A stretch of DNA of 64,000 nt, taken from IMG/VR virus record IMGVR_UViG_3300037418_002332; one strand, written 5' to 3'. Below, one piece after another: positions 23,788 through 34,419 of the stretch. The position numbers were made by a program, and so were the translations under genes. Source of the stretch: a virus (Duplodnaviria; Caudoviricetes). Numbering within the stretch: the first letter of the stretch is position 1; each line of letters opens with the position of its first letter. A model generated the notes under the pieces. That model searched no databases. It saw nothing but the letters and a program-made list of their open reading frames with translations, and had not been told where the DNA came from.

Positions 23788-25935
23788 ATGGATTTCATGA
23801 CACGCGGTAGCGAAAAGTTGCCCAAGGATTTCAAACTTCTTGGGCGCGAAAAAGCTCTCGAAGAAATGTCCGCAATTTTGATGCGAGATCGCGCGAACTC
23901 AATCATCCTAGTTGGTCCCGGTGGTGTTGGTCGTTCAGCAGTTTGCTTTGGTCTTCAAGCACTGAAGTCTGATCCAAATGCACCATTCGATATTGTATCC
24001 AAGAGACTTTTCTGGTTGGAAACTGATGAACTTTTCTCATCAGGCGACAATGAAAAGATCAATGCCAATTTCCAAAAAATTTTGGAAATCCACAAGCGCA
24101 CAACTGACTCAGTTCTGATCGTTGATGATTCTCGTGACTTCATTGAAGCCTGTCGCAATCACAATTGTACCCATTTCATCAACTCACTTAATTCATATGT
24201 GAAGCTTGGTTACATGCAGATCATCTTCGAATGTCGCGATGAGGACCTTGATATGGTTATCAAGTGTCATTCAGACATGACCGAATATTACACCATGATG
24301 GATTTGACCGAGCCAACACCAGACATTCTTCCAACAATCGTCAAAGGCATTTCAGATTCATTGGTCCATAGTCATGGCATCAAGATCGATGAAGCTGCAA
24401 TTTCAACTTCCATCGAACTGACAACCAAGTACAGAACACGTGATATGGGGCTCTCCAGAGCTCAACCAGAGCGTTCCGTGACACTTTTGGACCGCTCGCT
24501 TGCTAAATTCAGATTAAATGCGCATAAAAGACATCCTTTGGTTCAAGACCTGCTTGCACAAAAGGTTCCAGAAAGTGATGAACGTATCATCAAGCTTGAT
24601 GCTGAATTTGCTGATACCCAAAAGGAAATCAAACGTTTGTTCAAGCTTCAGCGTGATGGTGAGAATGCTATCATGGACCTTGAAGACGAACTGAAGAAAG
24701 TTCAAGAACATGAAGAGGAAATGCGCAAAAAAGGCGAAGCCAGTGAAGAAACTGGGCGAATTACAGCCTTTGCTCAGATGGCTCAGAATGGCGGCATTGA
24801 ATCAGAAAAAGTCACCGAACTCAAGGCTAAAATCCAAAAGTTCCAGGAAATTGTTGATGCAAACCGTGAAAAGTTCGATGCGATAACAGCTTCGATCAAT
24901 GATCAGCTTCATTTGACGAAAGAAAACGTCATGGCTGAATTTAGTGCAATCTCTGGTATTGCGGCTAACAAACTCAACCAAGATGAACGTGAAAAGCTAA
25001 AGAGCCTTCAAAGCGATATGAACAAGCGCATCTTTGGTCAAGATGAAGCTGTTCGCAGACTTTCTGATGCAGTCAAGGTTGCCAGAATTGGTCGCCGAAA
25101 CAAAAATCAGCCGCAAGCTTCATTCATGTTTCTTGGACCATCTGGTGTTGGTAAGACTGAAATTGCCAAAGTTTTGGCTGCTTGCCTTCTTGACGATGAG
25201 TCAGCCTTGACTCGTTTTGATATGTCTGAATACATGGAAAAGCATGCGGTTGCAAAACTGATTGGTGCTCCTCCAGGATATGAAGGCTTTGAAGTTGGTG
25301 GTATTCTTACCAACGCAATGCGTAAGAACCCAAATCGTATTCTGCTGTTCGATGAAATTGAGAAAGCTCATCCTGACGTCTTCAATATTTTTCTTCAGGT
25401 TTTGTCTGATGGACGCTTGACTGATAACGTTGGACGAACTATATCATTCTCTGATGCTATCATTATCATGACCACCAATATCGGTCAGCCTCATTTCCTG
25501 AACAAGGATTTGACGGTTGAGGAAATGGAATCTTTGGCAAATAAGGATTTGGATGGAACTTATCGTTCAGAATTCCTGAACCGTTTTGCTGGTCGTGAGA
25601 ATATTTTGTGCTTCAAACGTCTTGAGCTTGATTCAATTGAAAAGATCGTTCAACGCGAAATCAACTCAATGGATGTAGCATATATGGATCAAGGGTTGAA
25701 CATTTGGATTGATCCAACAGATTTGAAGGCATTCTGTGCTGATCACTATAATCCAGTGATTGGTGCTCGTGGTCTTCCTGGTTATATCCAAGCAAACCTT
25801 GAACCAGAAATCACTAACACAATTTTGAATCATCCAGATTTCCATGGAACGTTCAAGGTTGGTTATGATAAGAAGACCAAGAAATTCACCTATGAATTGA
25901 TTGAGGATGAAAATGCAACAAGATCCGCTGCTTGA
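23788..25935 (+). CDS. clpB: ClpB-like AAA+ chaperone, degenerate first NBD
   Basis: NBD2 GPSGVGKT, RFDMSEYMEKHAVAKLIGAPPGYEG, LFDEIEKAHPDV; NBD1 GPGGVGRS / LIVDDS. Confidence 0.85.
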   Translation: MDFMTRGSEKLPKDFKLLGREKALEEMSAILMRDRANSIILVGPGGVGRSAVCFGLQALKSDPNAPFDIVSKRLFWLETDELFSSGDNEKINANFQKILEIHKRTTDSVLIVDDSRDFIEACRNHNCTHFINSLNSYVKLGYMQIIFECRDEDLDMVIKCHSDMTEYYTMMDLTEPTPDILPTIVKGISDSLVHSHGIKIDEAAISTSIELTTKYRTRDMGLSRAQPERSVTLLDRSLAKFRLNAHKRHPLVQDLLAQKVPESDERIIKLDAEFADTQKEIKRLFKLQRDGENAIMDLEDELKKVQEHEEEMRKKGEASEETGRITAFAQMAQNGGIESEKVTELKAKIQKFQEIVDANREKFDAITASINDQLHLTKENVMAEFSAISGIAANKLNQDEREKLKSLQSDMNKRIFGQDEAVRRLSDAVKVARIGRRNKNQPQASFMFLGPSGVGKTEIAKVLAACLLDDESALTRFDMSEYMEKHAVAKLIGAPPGYEGFEVGGILTNAMRKNPNRILLFDEIEKAHPDVFNIFLQVLSDGRLTDNVGRTISFSDAIIIMTTNIGQPHFLNKDLTVEEMESLANKDLDGTYRSEFLNRFAGRENILCFKRLELDSIEKIVQREINSMDVAYMDQGLNIWIDPTDLKAFCADHYNPVIGARGLPGYIQANLEPEITNTILNHPDFHGTFKVGYDKKTKKFTYELIEDENATRSAA

Positions 25936-26674
25936 GAAAATTGCGAAGCTGAAGGCACAAGATGCCCAAGCTGAGTACAATCGTCGCAAGAATGAATCAG
26001 AGAGAACTTCAACAATTGTTGGTGAAGCTGTTGGTTGGTTCCAGAAACTTTTCAACTTTGTCTTTTGGCTGGTTGAAGGTTTCTGGAGAGTGTTTCTTCG
26101 GCCATTTCTAAAGCCTGTTCTTTGGGCAGGCAATAAATTCATCAATCACCTTTTCAAGACTTGGAACAAATATGCCTTCTTCGTCAATGAATTTGGCAAT
26201 CGAAAGTTTGCCCCAATTCGTGCAGCAACTTTGATTGTGATGTTGTGTCTTTCATATTCAGCGATGTTTGTCGTCATTGATTTGACTTATTACACCAGCC
26301 TATTTTTGTTGACACATAATACCAATGAAATTGTGTATATGCATAATTCACAAGAAGTGAACCCGAATGCTGACGTGTATTCAGCCCAAGGTTGCGAAAC
26401 ACTTCCGTGCGACGAAAACAGTTCGATCTATTTTCGAATTGACCCGATCTTGTTCAACCACGTCTATTCGGTGTTTCATGATGGCCGCATTTTCTATCCT
26501 GACTATTTGTCAGCTGCCATTCCACCAGTCATTACCAAATGTACGATCACTTCATATGGTATTCGCGTTAAGATGTTGATGCGTGGATTGGACATTTATC
26601 CTTATCTGTTGACGGCATCCTGTCAACCGTTGGAACATGAAGCGGCGAACCCAAAAGATTCTTCTACACCATAG
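25901..26674 (+). CDS. membrane protein
   Basis: hydrophobic segments, Cys-containing C-terminal domain; overlaps clpB stop. Confidence 0.75.
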   Translation: MRMKMQQDPLLEKIAKLKAQDAQAEYNRRKNESERTSTIVGEAVGWFQKLFNFVFWLVEGFWRVFLRPFLKPVLWAGNKFINHLFKTWNKYAFFVNEFGNRKFAPIRAATLIVMLCLSYSAMFVVIDLTYYTSLFLLTHNTNEIVYMHNSQEVNPNADVYSAQGCETLPCDENSSIYFRIDPILFNHVYSVFHDGRIFYPDYLSAAIPPVITKCTITSYGIRVKMLMRGLDIYPYLLTASCQPLEHEAANPKDSSTP

Positions 26675-26684
26675 AAGAAAGTTC

Positions 26685-26713
26685 TTTACTTCTTCAATCA
26701 ATTCACCTATAAT
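26685..26713 (+). promoter_or_regulatory. early promoter
   Basis: TTTACT-17-TATAAT. Confidence 0.75.
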
Positions 26714-26744
26714 GAATGTATAAGGTGAAACGAAGGATACTGAA

Positions 26745-27011
26745 ATGTCTCGCGCTTACCTCGTCGAAGAAATTCTCGCCGTTCGCTACCTTGATCGTGA
26801 TGCGACTGGTCTTCCTGAGCATTGCTTTCAGTCCCTCTATCACCTGTTTGTTGACGGTGTTGACACCGGTTCCGCCTTCGCTGATAAAGAAACTTGCGAT
26901 TGGGCGTTGAAATTCAACCGTGTTGAAGACGTATCCGCCAAGGACCTTGAAGTGGTTCACACTTACTTCTCTGGTTTCATGTACTCGAATGGTCGGAGGG
27001 TCTGGAAATGA
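26745..27011 (+). CDS. hypothetical early protein
   Basis: AAGGA RBS, follows early promoter. Confidence 0.65.
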   Translation: MSRAYLVEEILAVRYLDRDATGLPEHCFQSLYHLFVDGVDTGSAFADKETCDWALKFNRVEDVSAKDLEVVHTYFSGFMYSNGRRVWK

Positions 27012-27403
27012 AACTCAAGCTTTACAATGCCGGTGGGTTCCATTGGATTGGATTTGAGATGAACGGACAGGTTTATTTCATCCGTAAGGTTGGTCGTATC
27101 GGTGATTGTATCTGCGTTTGATCGAGTAGTTTGGGCGACACACTGAAGCCTAGTGGACGTGTCGCAGCTGCCAACGATAGATCGTCTAGCCTTCGGGCGA
27201 ATGATAGATGTCCTTGGAACAACAGTTGGGGGAAGGCTTCCTTTTATTATCCCGGAGCGTGAAAGCTGCGGGCATAGAGGTCCCCAAGGGGATAAGTTAT
27301 GGATGTTTTGCCGAACACCATATTCAAAACTGGCGGCAACCAGTGCCTCATCTAAAATTTTGGTGGCAATGTAAGTGAATGGAACAGAAGGGGAGTTACT
27401 AAC

Positions 27404-28132
27404 ATGATTAAGCGTAATAGGAATCTTATCATCGCAGCGTCAATCGCGCTGCTTTCAAATACTGCCAACACGCTCGCAGCTGAGCATTGGGATTGTCATT
27501 GGCCAACCAAAGTGATCAGTCCTCATTTCGGTTCATGCCAAGGCGCCAACAACGAGCATTCTTTCAAGGGACGCGATCATCATCCTGGTGGTGGTGAACA
27601 TGGCGGCGGCAATCCGGGTGGCGGAAACAACGGTGGCGGTGGCAACACTGGCGGCGGAGACGATGATGGTCCCGGAGACAATGGTGGTGGTGATCACGGT
27701 CCTGGTCCTGGCGATAATGGCGGTGGAAATGATGACCACCATCCGAACAATGGTCACGGCAATGATGATGATCATAACGACAATAGCAATCCAGGTCACT
27801 CCAACGATCCGGGCGACAATTCCGATGATGACGGTTCGCCAGGCCATTCCGGTGATGATCATGGCAACACCGGAGGCGGTACGAATTATCACGGAAATGA
27901 CGGTGGCAATTCTGGAAGCAACAGTGGAACTGGCGATGATTCCGGTTCTGACAATGGCCAGACTAGTCATGACAACAACGGCCACGGCAACGGTGACCAA
28001 GACGCACCAGGAAACTCCGGTGATCACAACGATGCCGAAAACTCCGACCACTCCGGTCAAGGCAACTCAGCCGGTGGACAAGGAAATGGTCAAGGTCAAA
28101 GCGGTGGCCAAGGCCACGGCAAAGGCAAGTAA
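27404..28132 (+). CDS. secreted Gly/Asn/Asp/His-rich low-complexity protein
   Basis: signal-peptide-like N-terminus, repeated NNGHGN and D/H-rich units; GGGGAG RBS. Confidence 0.7.
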   Translation: MIKRNRNLIIAASIALLSNTANTLAAEHWDCHWPTKVISPHFGSCQGANNEHSFKGRDHHPGGGEHGGGNPGGGNNGGGGNTGGGDDDGPGDNGGGDHGPGPGDNGGGNDDHHPNNGHGNDDDHNDNSNPGHSNDPGDNSDDDGSPGHSGDDHGNTGGGTNYHGNDGGNSGSNSGTGDDSGSDNGQTSHDNNGHGNGDQDAPGNSGDHNDAENSDHSGQGNSAGGQGNGQGQSGGQGHGKGK

Positions 28133-28350
28133 TAAATAAACGCAACCTAATGGAAGGCACTGCTATGTATAACTCATGAGCAGTAGCAGTCACCTCATTG
28201 GGCTTTGGAGTAACATGGATCGATCAATCCATGGGGTGTTAGAGAACCGTGCCTCTCCAAATGTCAGTACACTCCGGAGACGTTAAGTCGTAGATGGTAT
28301 GTTGCAAACGGTGTCATTGAATTTTTCTTCTTTAAGGTAGAAGAAAATGA

Positions 28351-28379
28351 TTGACTAAATGTAGATGAAAAAGTAAAAT
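28351..28379 (+). promoter_or_regulatory. sigma70-type promoter
   Basis: TTGACT-17-TAAAAT. Confidence 0.65.
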
Positions 28380-29130
28380 GTTGATGTAGGGTAAATGTAA
28401 AGTTTGAACCAACGTAAATGGAGGCTGTCATGCTCTAAGTTCCCTGTTATCTTAATTTTGTGATCTTAAAAATAGATAGAACTACCTTAATTGTATCAGA
28501 ATGCCTTGATCACTGGCTTTAAACAGGATCGGTACACTTTATTCGGGTTTGTTCCGCAGTAAAGCAGAGTTATTGGACTAATATTGACGCGGTTGCCGAC
28601 TTGTCCAAAAGTCGAGGGCAGGAAAGCTGCCTTGTGGCTGAGCCAAAAAGGAGAGATTAAAGTTCAGGGGACCATCCGTATCCTTTGAAACTAAATCTCT
28701 CCCTTTTCATTTGATCAATGGAGATTTGTCATGGATGCCCGCCATTTTATTTCCCGTGTATTGACCGGTGAAATGACTCGCCTCGGCCTTGGCCAAACCT
28801 CAATGGAACAATTCTCATATCTTGTTGACGCATTTGAGCGTGAAAAGTTCGTGCCTGAACATGATGACTTTTTCCCAATGGTTCGTGAACTTGCTGCAAA
28901 AGTTCAAAGGAAGGAATCAGATTGATGCAAATCCCAGAAGGCTGGAAACTCGTACCAATCAATCCAACAAAGGAAATGTTGGATACACAAGGCAAATCAA
29001 GACCAGATTTGGCAAAAACTGATTCCACAAAACGTTTGGCAGAAATGTTGAACGATGAAATGAGAAAATATGCATTAGAAATTTGGTCGGAAATGATTGC
29101 TGTATCACCCGATTTTAAGGAATCAAACTG

Positions 29131-29445
29131 ATGTTGTGGGAAATTTACGTTCCAACCATTTCCAATGAAGGCAAGCCATTTCGCACTCGCCACCACAAAG
29201 TTTGGGACGAACGTGTTCGTAAAATTTCAAGCGGTTTAACAATCTACAAGCCGGCAAAGGGTCAGTGGATTGATCGCACTGATGACAAGTTGTATGAGGA
29301 ACGAATGATTCCTGTTCGTATCGCATGCAATGAGGTTCAAATTCGCAAGATCATGGAAATCACTAAACAACATTACAAGCAAATTGATGTGATGGCATAT
29401 CAAGTGTCTGATCGCGTGATATTTCTGAGCGACACCAATGTTTAA
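29131..29445 (+). CDS. hypothetical phage protein
   Basis: ORF track, AAGGA RBS. Confidence 0.65.
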   Translation: MLWEIYVPTISNEGKPFRTRHHKVWDERVRKISSGLTIYKPAKGQWIDRTDDKLYEERMIPVRIACNEVQIRKIMEITKQHYKQIDVMAYQVSDRVIFLSDTNV

Positions 29446-29885
29446 GTGGTGGAAAGATTACAAAACCAGACAATTCCAATCTGAATATGCTCGCGAATTT
29501 GGTTGGGTGATGACTGAATATTATCTCTCAGGCATTCCTGAATATGCGTTGGGAGATAAAATTGAAAGCGCATTTTCATCGCAAACTCGACGCAGTGCCT
29601 TTGAACAAGGTGCTTGGAAAGCATATTCAATGTTGCCACAAGATGATGTTGAAGATTATTATCCTGGAGGAAAACGTTATGAAGAAAATAAAAATCGTAA
29701 TCAAGACCCAACAAAAACCGAAAGATGAACCCATTCTTGGTTGGCCATTGGATCAACTATCCAAGAAAATTTTTGGATTTTAATCAACCTAAATAAGTTT
29801 CGGGTTGAGATGGCTAAATAATTTGCTGAGGCCACTATTCGTAATGGGGGAGCATGTTGCAAATTGTCCTCCCCTCCACTGTTAA

Positions 29886-30251
29886 TTGGAGTTGCTTATG
29901 TACTTCTATTGTTTCCGTGAGGATGGAGATACCATTCGCACTATTACTCTCGACGACACTGGACTTCCAGAAACTCAATCTTCCAAAAAAATCTCCGCAT
30001 ATCCTGAAACTTCTGAATACGCAAAGTTGTTCAAAGATAACAAGAATTTGTTGGTCTTCGGCGAAGCTATGACTCCTGAAGAGTTGATGAACACTCAAAA
30101 AACAAAACCTTACATCAAGTTGTATCTAGATCATGAAGTTCAACAAGAAATTGCTGAATTGAAATCTGAACAGGATTGGGAAGATTTTTTCGAGGATTAC
30201 GAAATCGAAAGCGAGATTCGTAGGACTCCGGCAACGTATCTTTTCCACTAA
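29886..30251 (+). CDS. hypothetical protein
   Basis: ORF track; CTAAATA boxes upstream. Confidence 0.6.
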   Translation: MELLMYFYCFREDGDTIRTITLDDTGLPETQSSKKISAYPETSEYAKLFKDNKNLLVFGEAMTPEELMNTQKTKPYIKLYLDHEVQQEIAELKSEQDWEDFFEDYEIESEIRRTPATYLFH

Positions 30252-30585
30252 ATCTCTTTACTTTCCACTGTAAATCAATTATTCTTCTGTTGAAGGAGAA
30301 CTTCGATGTTTACAATCCATTCAATCCGTTATTCCGAACTCAAAGAAAAGTTTCTTGAGGAATGTTTGGTTGAATTGAAAGCGAATTTGACATCGGAGGA
30401 ACTTTTCTACGATAAGAAATTCAAAACTGGTGAAGGACCAAATCGGTTCCATTTTGACAAAATCAAGGAAGGAAAACTTGATGTTGGATATTGGATCGAC
30501 GCTGGTCATATTTTCCAGTATGAACGACAGTTGAAAAACATTTTCAAGAGATACGAATACATACTTAACAAGCAAGGATTTTGAA

Positions 30586-30996
30586 ATGACCACATTTGCA
30601 GATTTGAAGGCGCGAATGATTGAAGCGCGAAAGGCTCGTAATGAGCGTGAAACATTGGCTTTGTCAACAATGGTTGGCAATCTAACGTCCAACGCTAAAC
30701 TGGTCGATGGCGTCAAGGTTGTCAGCGATGAAGATGTCACTGTTTATCTGAAGAAGTCTGTGAAGAACCTTCAGGAATCATTGGCAATCAAAGAAACTGA
30801 AGATGGTCGTTGGGAACTCAACTTCATTGAAAGCTTCTTACCAAAACAGCTTTCTGAAGAACAGCTTCGTGAAATTTGGACTTCAATCAATGCCGCAAAC
30901 ATTGGCCAGTTCATGGGACATTTGAAGTCAAATTTCCTTGGCCAGTATGACGGCAAACTTGCTTCAAAGGTTGCACAGGACAAATCAAAGGAATGA
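30586..30996 (+). CDS. GatB/YqeY domain protein
   Basis: LKARMIEARKA...LPKQLSEEQL...GQFMGHLK...DGKLAS. Confidence 0.8.
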   Translation: MTTFADLKARMIEARKARNERETLALSTMVGNLTSNAKLVDGVKVVSDEDVTVYLKKSVKNLQESLAIKETEDGRWELNFIESFLPKQLSEEQLREIWTSINAANIGQFMGHLKSNFLGQYDGKLASKVAQDKSKE

Positions 30997-31206
30997 GTTA
31001 CAAAATCAAACGCATTTCAACAGGCAAATTCAAAGGTCCAACTTCAACACGATGGATTTTTGAAGGATGGGTAACTTCGGACAAAGCAATGACTTACAAG
31101 TCCATTGATTCTTGTAAGGCAGCTTTGAATGGAATTATTGACGACGTTGAATTTGTGACTGTGTAAAGAATTTTTTGAACCGGGAAGAAGAACACGAAGA
31201 TTTCTC

Positions 31207-31235
31207 TTTACTTCATACATTGATTCAGCTACAAT
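31207..31235 (+). promoter_or_regulatory. early promoter
   Basis: TTTACT-17-TACAAT. Confidence 0.7.
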
Positions 31236-31241
31236 GAATTA

Positions 31242-31685
31242 TTGAAATGGAGAACCGTGATGGAAAAGACCGAACTTGCCAATAAAATGCGTGCTGCTCT
31301 AACCAAGGTCAAGGCTGAGTTGAAAGCTGAAGGTAAGAACGAAGCTTCTCTTCGTATTCAGGATATCCTGTTCGAAACTTCCGACGAAACTCTCGCGAAG
31401 CTTGCTGTGATCTTCAAGGAAGGCATGGCCGAAATCAAGAAGGAAGCTGTTGTCGATACGAAGCCTGCTGGTGAAGCTGTCTATTGGCTTTCTCCTCTGA
31501 GCGGTTGCGATATCTGCTCCGGCTCGTTTGAGGCTGTCATGTATGACGCCAAGACCAAGCAGGGTCCTTGGGGCAATATGTGTCAAAAGTGTTACGTCAA
31601 GCATGGCGTCGGTCGTCTCGGAACTGGCTTCGGTCAGAAGTACGAAAAGCAGGCCGATGGCCGTTGGTTGAAGACGGAGGGTTGA
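31242..31685 (+). CDS. hypothetical protein with Zn-ribbon-like C-terminus
   Basis: CDIC...MC..C, GLGTGFGQKY; start probably a few codons downstream. Confidence 0.7.
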   Translation: MKWRTVMEKTELANKMRAALTKVKAELKAEGKNEASLRIQDILFETSDETLAKLAVIFKEGMAEIKKEAVVDTKPAGEAVYWLSPLSGCDICSGSFEAVMYDAKTKQGPWGNMCQKCYVKHGVGRLGTGFGQKYEKQADGRWLKTEG

Positions 31686-33360
31686 ATGCTGAAGCGTCGG
31701 TCCGAAATTATCAGGCAGTTGTCTGAATTGTCACGAAACGGTTGGGCTAGTGCCCTTCCGTGTGACTACGAGCCTCTAGAACGTGAGCTCCGAGAAATCA
31801 ATCGGAAGCTGGGGAAGTAAAATGGAATTCCTTGAGTTTCGTGATAACATGGTTGTGATGGACGGCAAAACTTGTGTTGCCGTAGCTCGCAAAACTGTTT
31901 CCTGGGGATATATCCTTCGCGTCCATAACGGGTGTTGGGTTGATCCTCGGGCACGAACTCAAGGTCTTGTTCCGGGACGTTATCCTCATCTGATGAACAT
32001 TCTGACAAAACCTGAAGCCAGAAAAATCATGAAAGCTCTGGCTAACACCGGAAAGAAGTCTAAATGAGACAGGATATTGTTTCAGCTTTTGCTGAGCGCT
32101 TTCAGGTTGGTGTTGGCACCGCTGAAGAATTTCTCAAGATGGTGACAACCAAGGATGTCAACTTTTTGAAGGAACATCTTTGGAATATCACTATGCAAAA
32201 TCGCTTGTATTACAAAGCTGGCCAACCTTTCTATGATAAGCAACCGAAGTTCAAAACTAGGGCTGCTATCGATAAGGCATATGCCAAGGCTGGTGAAGAA
32301 TTCACGTATTCCGTTCTGATCTTTCTGGATGAACATGGATTGAAATTCGGAGCGTGAGATGCCACGTGTTGCCAAACATCTGGAGATTTCTGGTGATAAA
32401 GCTCAATCCTATGAGCATCAGGCCAGTGTTTGGCTTTCAAAGGGCAATGAAGCTTTAGAAAAAGGCAAAAGGGAATTGGCTGAAAAATATTATGCCAAAT
32501 CCCAGTATTGGTTGGATCGTGCTAACAAAGCAAGAGGTTGGTCATGAAACGGAATGATGTTGTCACCTTGCCAGCTGATGGTGGACATTGGCTTCCGTAT
32601 GGAAGAATCAATCGCAAAGTTGGTGATAAATTCGAAGTCATCTATTGCGATCGAAATGTTCGACTTCATGATCCATCCGAACTTGAAGTGATCATTTACA
32701 AAGGTCGTTGGGATCGTCATTTCATTGCTGGTGAATGGTTTGAGTATTGGATGAAGATGCCAACCCTTCGCAAACTGAAACAAATGGCATCAGGTTACAA
32801 TCCAAAGGTTTGGAAAAAGAATAGATGATAACAACCAATACTGAAGTTGAATTTTCCGCTCGAATTCTTGCGGCAGATAATGACGGAAATATCTATCTGT
32901 ACATTGGAGACGATGATTGGTCAATTACTCCATATCAATGGGGAGACAGTTTCAATCAGGTCTGGTTTCAAAATTTAGACAAGGTTGACGAAGCAATTCA
33001 AAAATGTGGACATAAGCCAAGGCATCGTGTTCAGAAGAACTCTATCGAATACCTTTCAAGAACAATAACAACAATCACAAAGGTTATAACTCGATGAAGA
33101 TGAAATTTGACAGACTTTGGTTAGAAAGAATTCCAGAACGTGGTCGATTTTTCTGGAAGAAAAGATTTTTCAGCATTTGTTCAGTTCATTCCCGTTGGGA
33201 ACCAACCTGTAAAGTGTGTAAGCATGGAAGTTGGATGAATGTTTGGCAATGGCGCTTTGAAGGTGTCATTTTCAAGCTTTGGCCTAAACTCTGGATCAAA
33301 TGGGCGAACAGAAAGAATTCACATTATAAGAAATTTGGAAATAAGAAAATAGGATGAGTT

Positions 33361-34374
33361 ATGTTACTGTCGAGAGACGATTTTCGTGAGGGAGTATTCC
33401 GCCGCGACAGATATCGGTGCGTTGTTTGTGGCAACGCTGCTGTTGATGCTCATCATATTTTTGAGCGCAGGCTTTTTCCCGATGGTGGGTATTATCTTGA
33501 TAACGGTGCTTCTGTTTGTGAAGATCATCATCTTGCTTGCGAAAGGACTGATATTTCTGTTGAAGAAATTCGTACTTACGCAGGAATAACCAAACGCATA
33601 ATTCCGCCTCAATTGTATGATGACCAAGTTTATGACAAATGGGGCAATCCCATTTTGTTGAACGGAACACGATTAATCGGTGAACTTTTCTTCGATGAAT
33701 CCGTCCAGAAAATTCTTGCTGGTCATCTTCATGAATTCAGTCATTATGTAAAGTACCCAAGAACGTATCATCTACCTTGGAGCGAAGGCATTCATAATGA
33801 TGATCGAATTATCCCTTCCATGGAAGTTCTTGAGAAATCAGAAGTGGTTGTGACTAAAAAGATGGATGGTGAAAATACCACCATGTACAGTGATCATATC
33901 CACGCGCGAAGCCTTGATTCACTCCATCATCCATCAAGAAATTGGGTGAAGAATTTCCATAATCAGATTGGTTATCTCATACCTGAACACTGGCGTGTCT
34001 GCGTGGAAAATCTTTACGCCAAGCATTCAATAGGCTATGATGACCTTCCTTCATATGCCCTTGGGTTCTCAGTTTGGAATGAACGCAACGTTTGTTTGAA
34101 TTGGGATGAAACACTTGAGTGGTTTGAGCTTCTTGGCATCACTCCAGTTGAAACTCTTTATCGAGGTCCATTTGATGCTGAGAAAATCAAGGCTCTGTGG
34201 AAAGATATGAGTTGGGAAAAGGATGAAGGCTACATTGTCCGAACTGTTTCTGAGTTTCCATTCTCAGACTTTCGTAAAAATGTAGCGAAATTCGTTCGCA
34301 AAGGTCATGTTCAAACAATCAAACATTGGATGCATGGTCAAGCAGTAACTCCAAACAAGCTATTGGATGAATAA
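33361..34374 (+). CDS. HNH domain fused to ATP-dependent RNA ligase
   Basis: CVVC...DAHHI...C..HH; ligase motif I KMDGEN; EGYIVR, KFVR. Confidence 0.8.
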   Translation: MLLSRDDFREGVFRRDRYRCVVCGNAAVDAHHIFERRLFPDGGYYLDNGASVCEDHHLACERTDISVEEIRTYAGITKRIIPPQLYDDQVYDKWGNPILLNGTRLIGELFFDESVQKILAGHLHEFSHYVKYPRTYHLPWSEGIHNDDRIIPSMEVLEKSEVVVTKKMDGENTTMYSDHIHARSLDSLHHPSRNWVKNFHNQIGYLIPEHWRVCVENLYAKHSIGYDDLPSYALGFSVWNERNVCLNWDETLEWFELLGITPVETLYRGPFDAEKIKALWKDMSWEKDEGYIVRTVSEFPFSDFRKNVAKFVRKGHVQTIKHWMHGQAVTPNKLLDE

Positions 34375-34378
34375 AACA

Positions 34379-34417
34379 GAAATCCTCTCTTACTAAATAC
34401 TGTAAAGAGAGGATTTC
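34379..34417 (+). promoter_or_regulatory. late promoter in loop of RBS-sequestering hairpin
   Basis: 13-bp GAAATCCTCTCTT/AAGAGAGGATTTC; ACTAAATA in loop. Confidence 0.75.
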
Positions 34418-34419
34418 TT

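Noticed and set aside
27588-28139. Alternative long frame over the Gly-rich gene
   Set aside because: It is open because of low-complexity repeats; it has no RBS, while frame 27404 has an RBS and signal peptide
28560-28700. RNase P RNA
   Set aside because: Lacks GAGGAAAGUCC and the 3' P4 consensus
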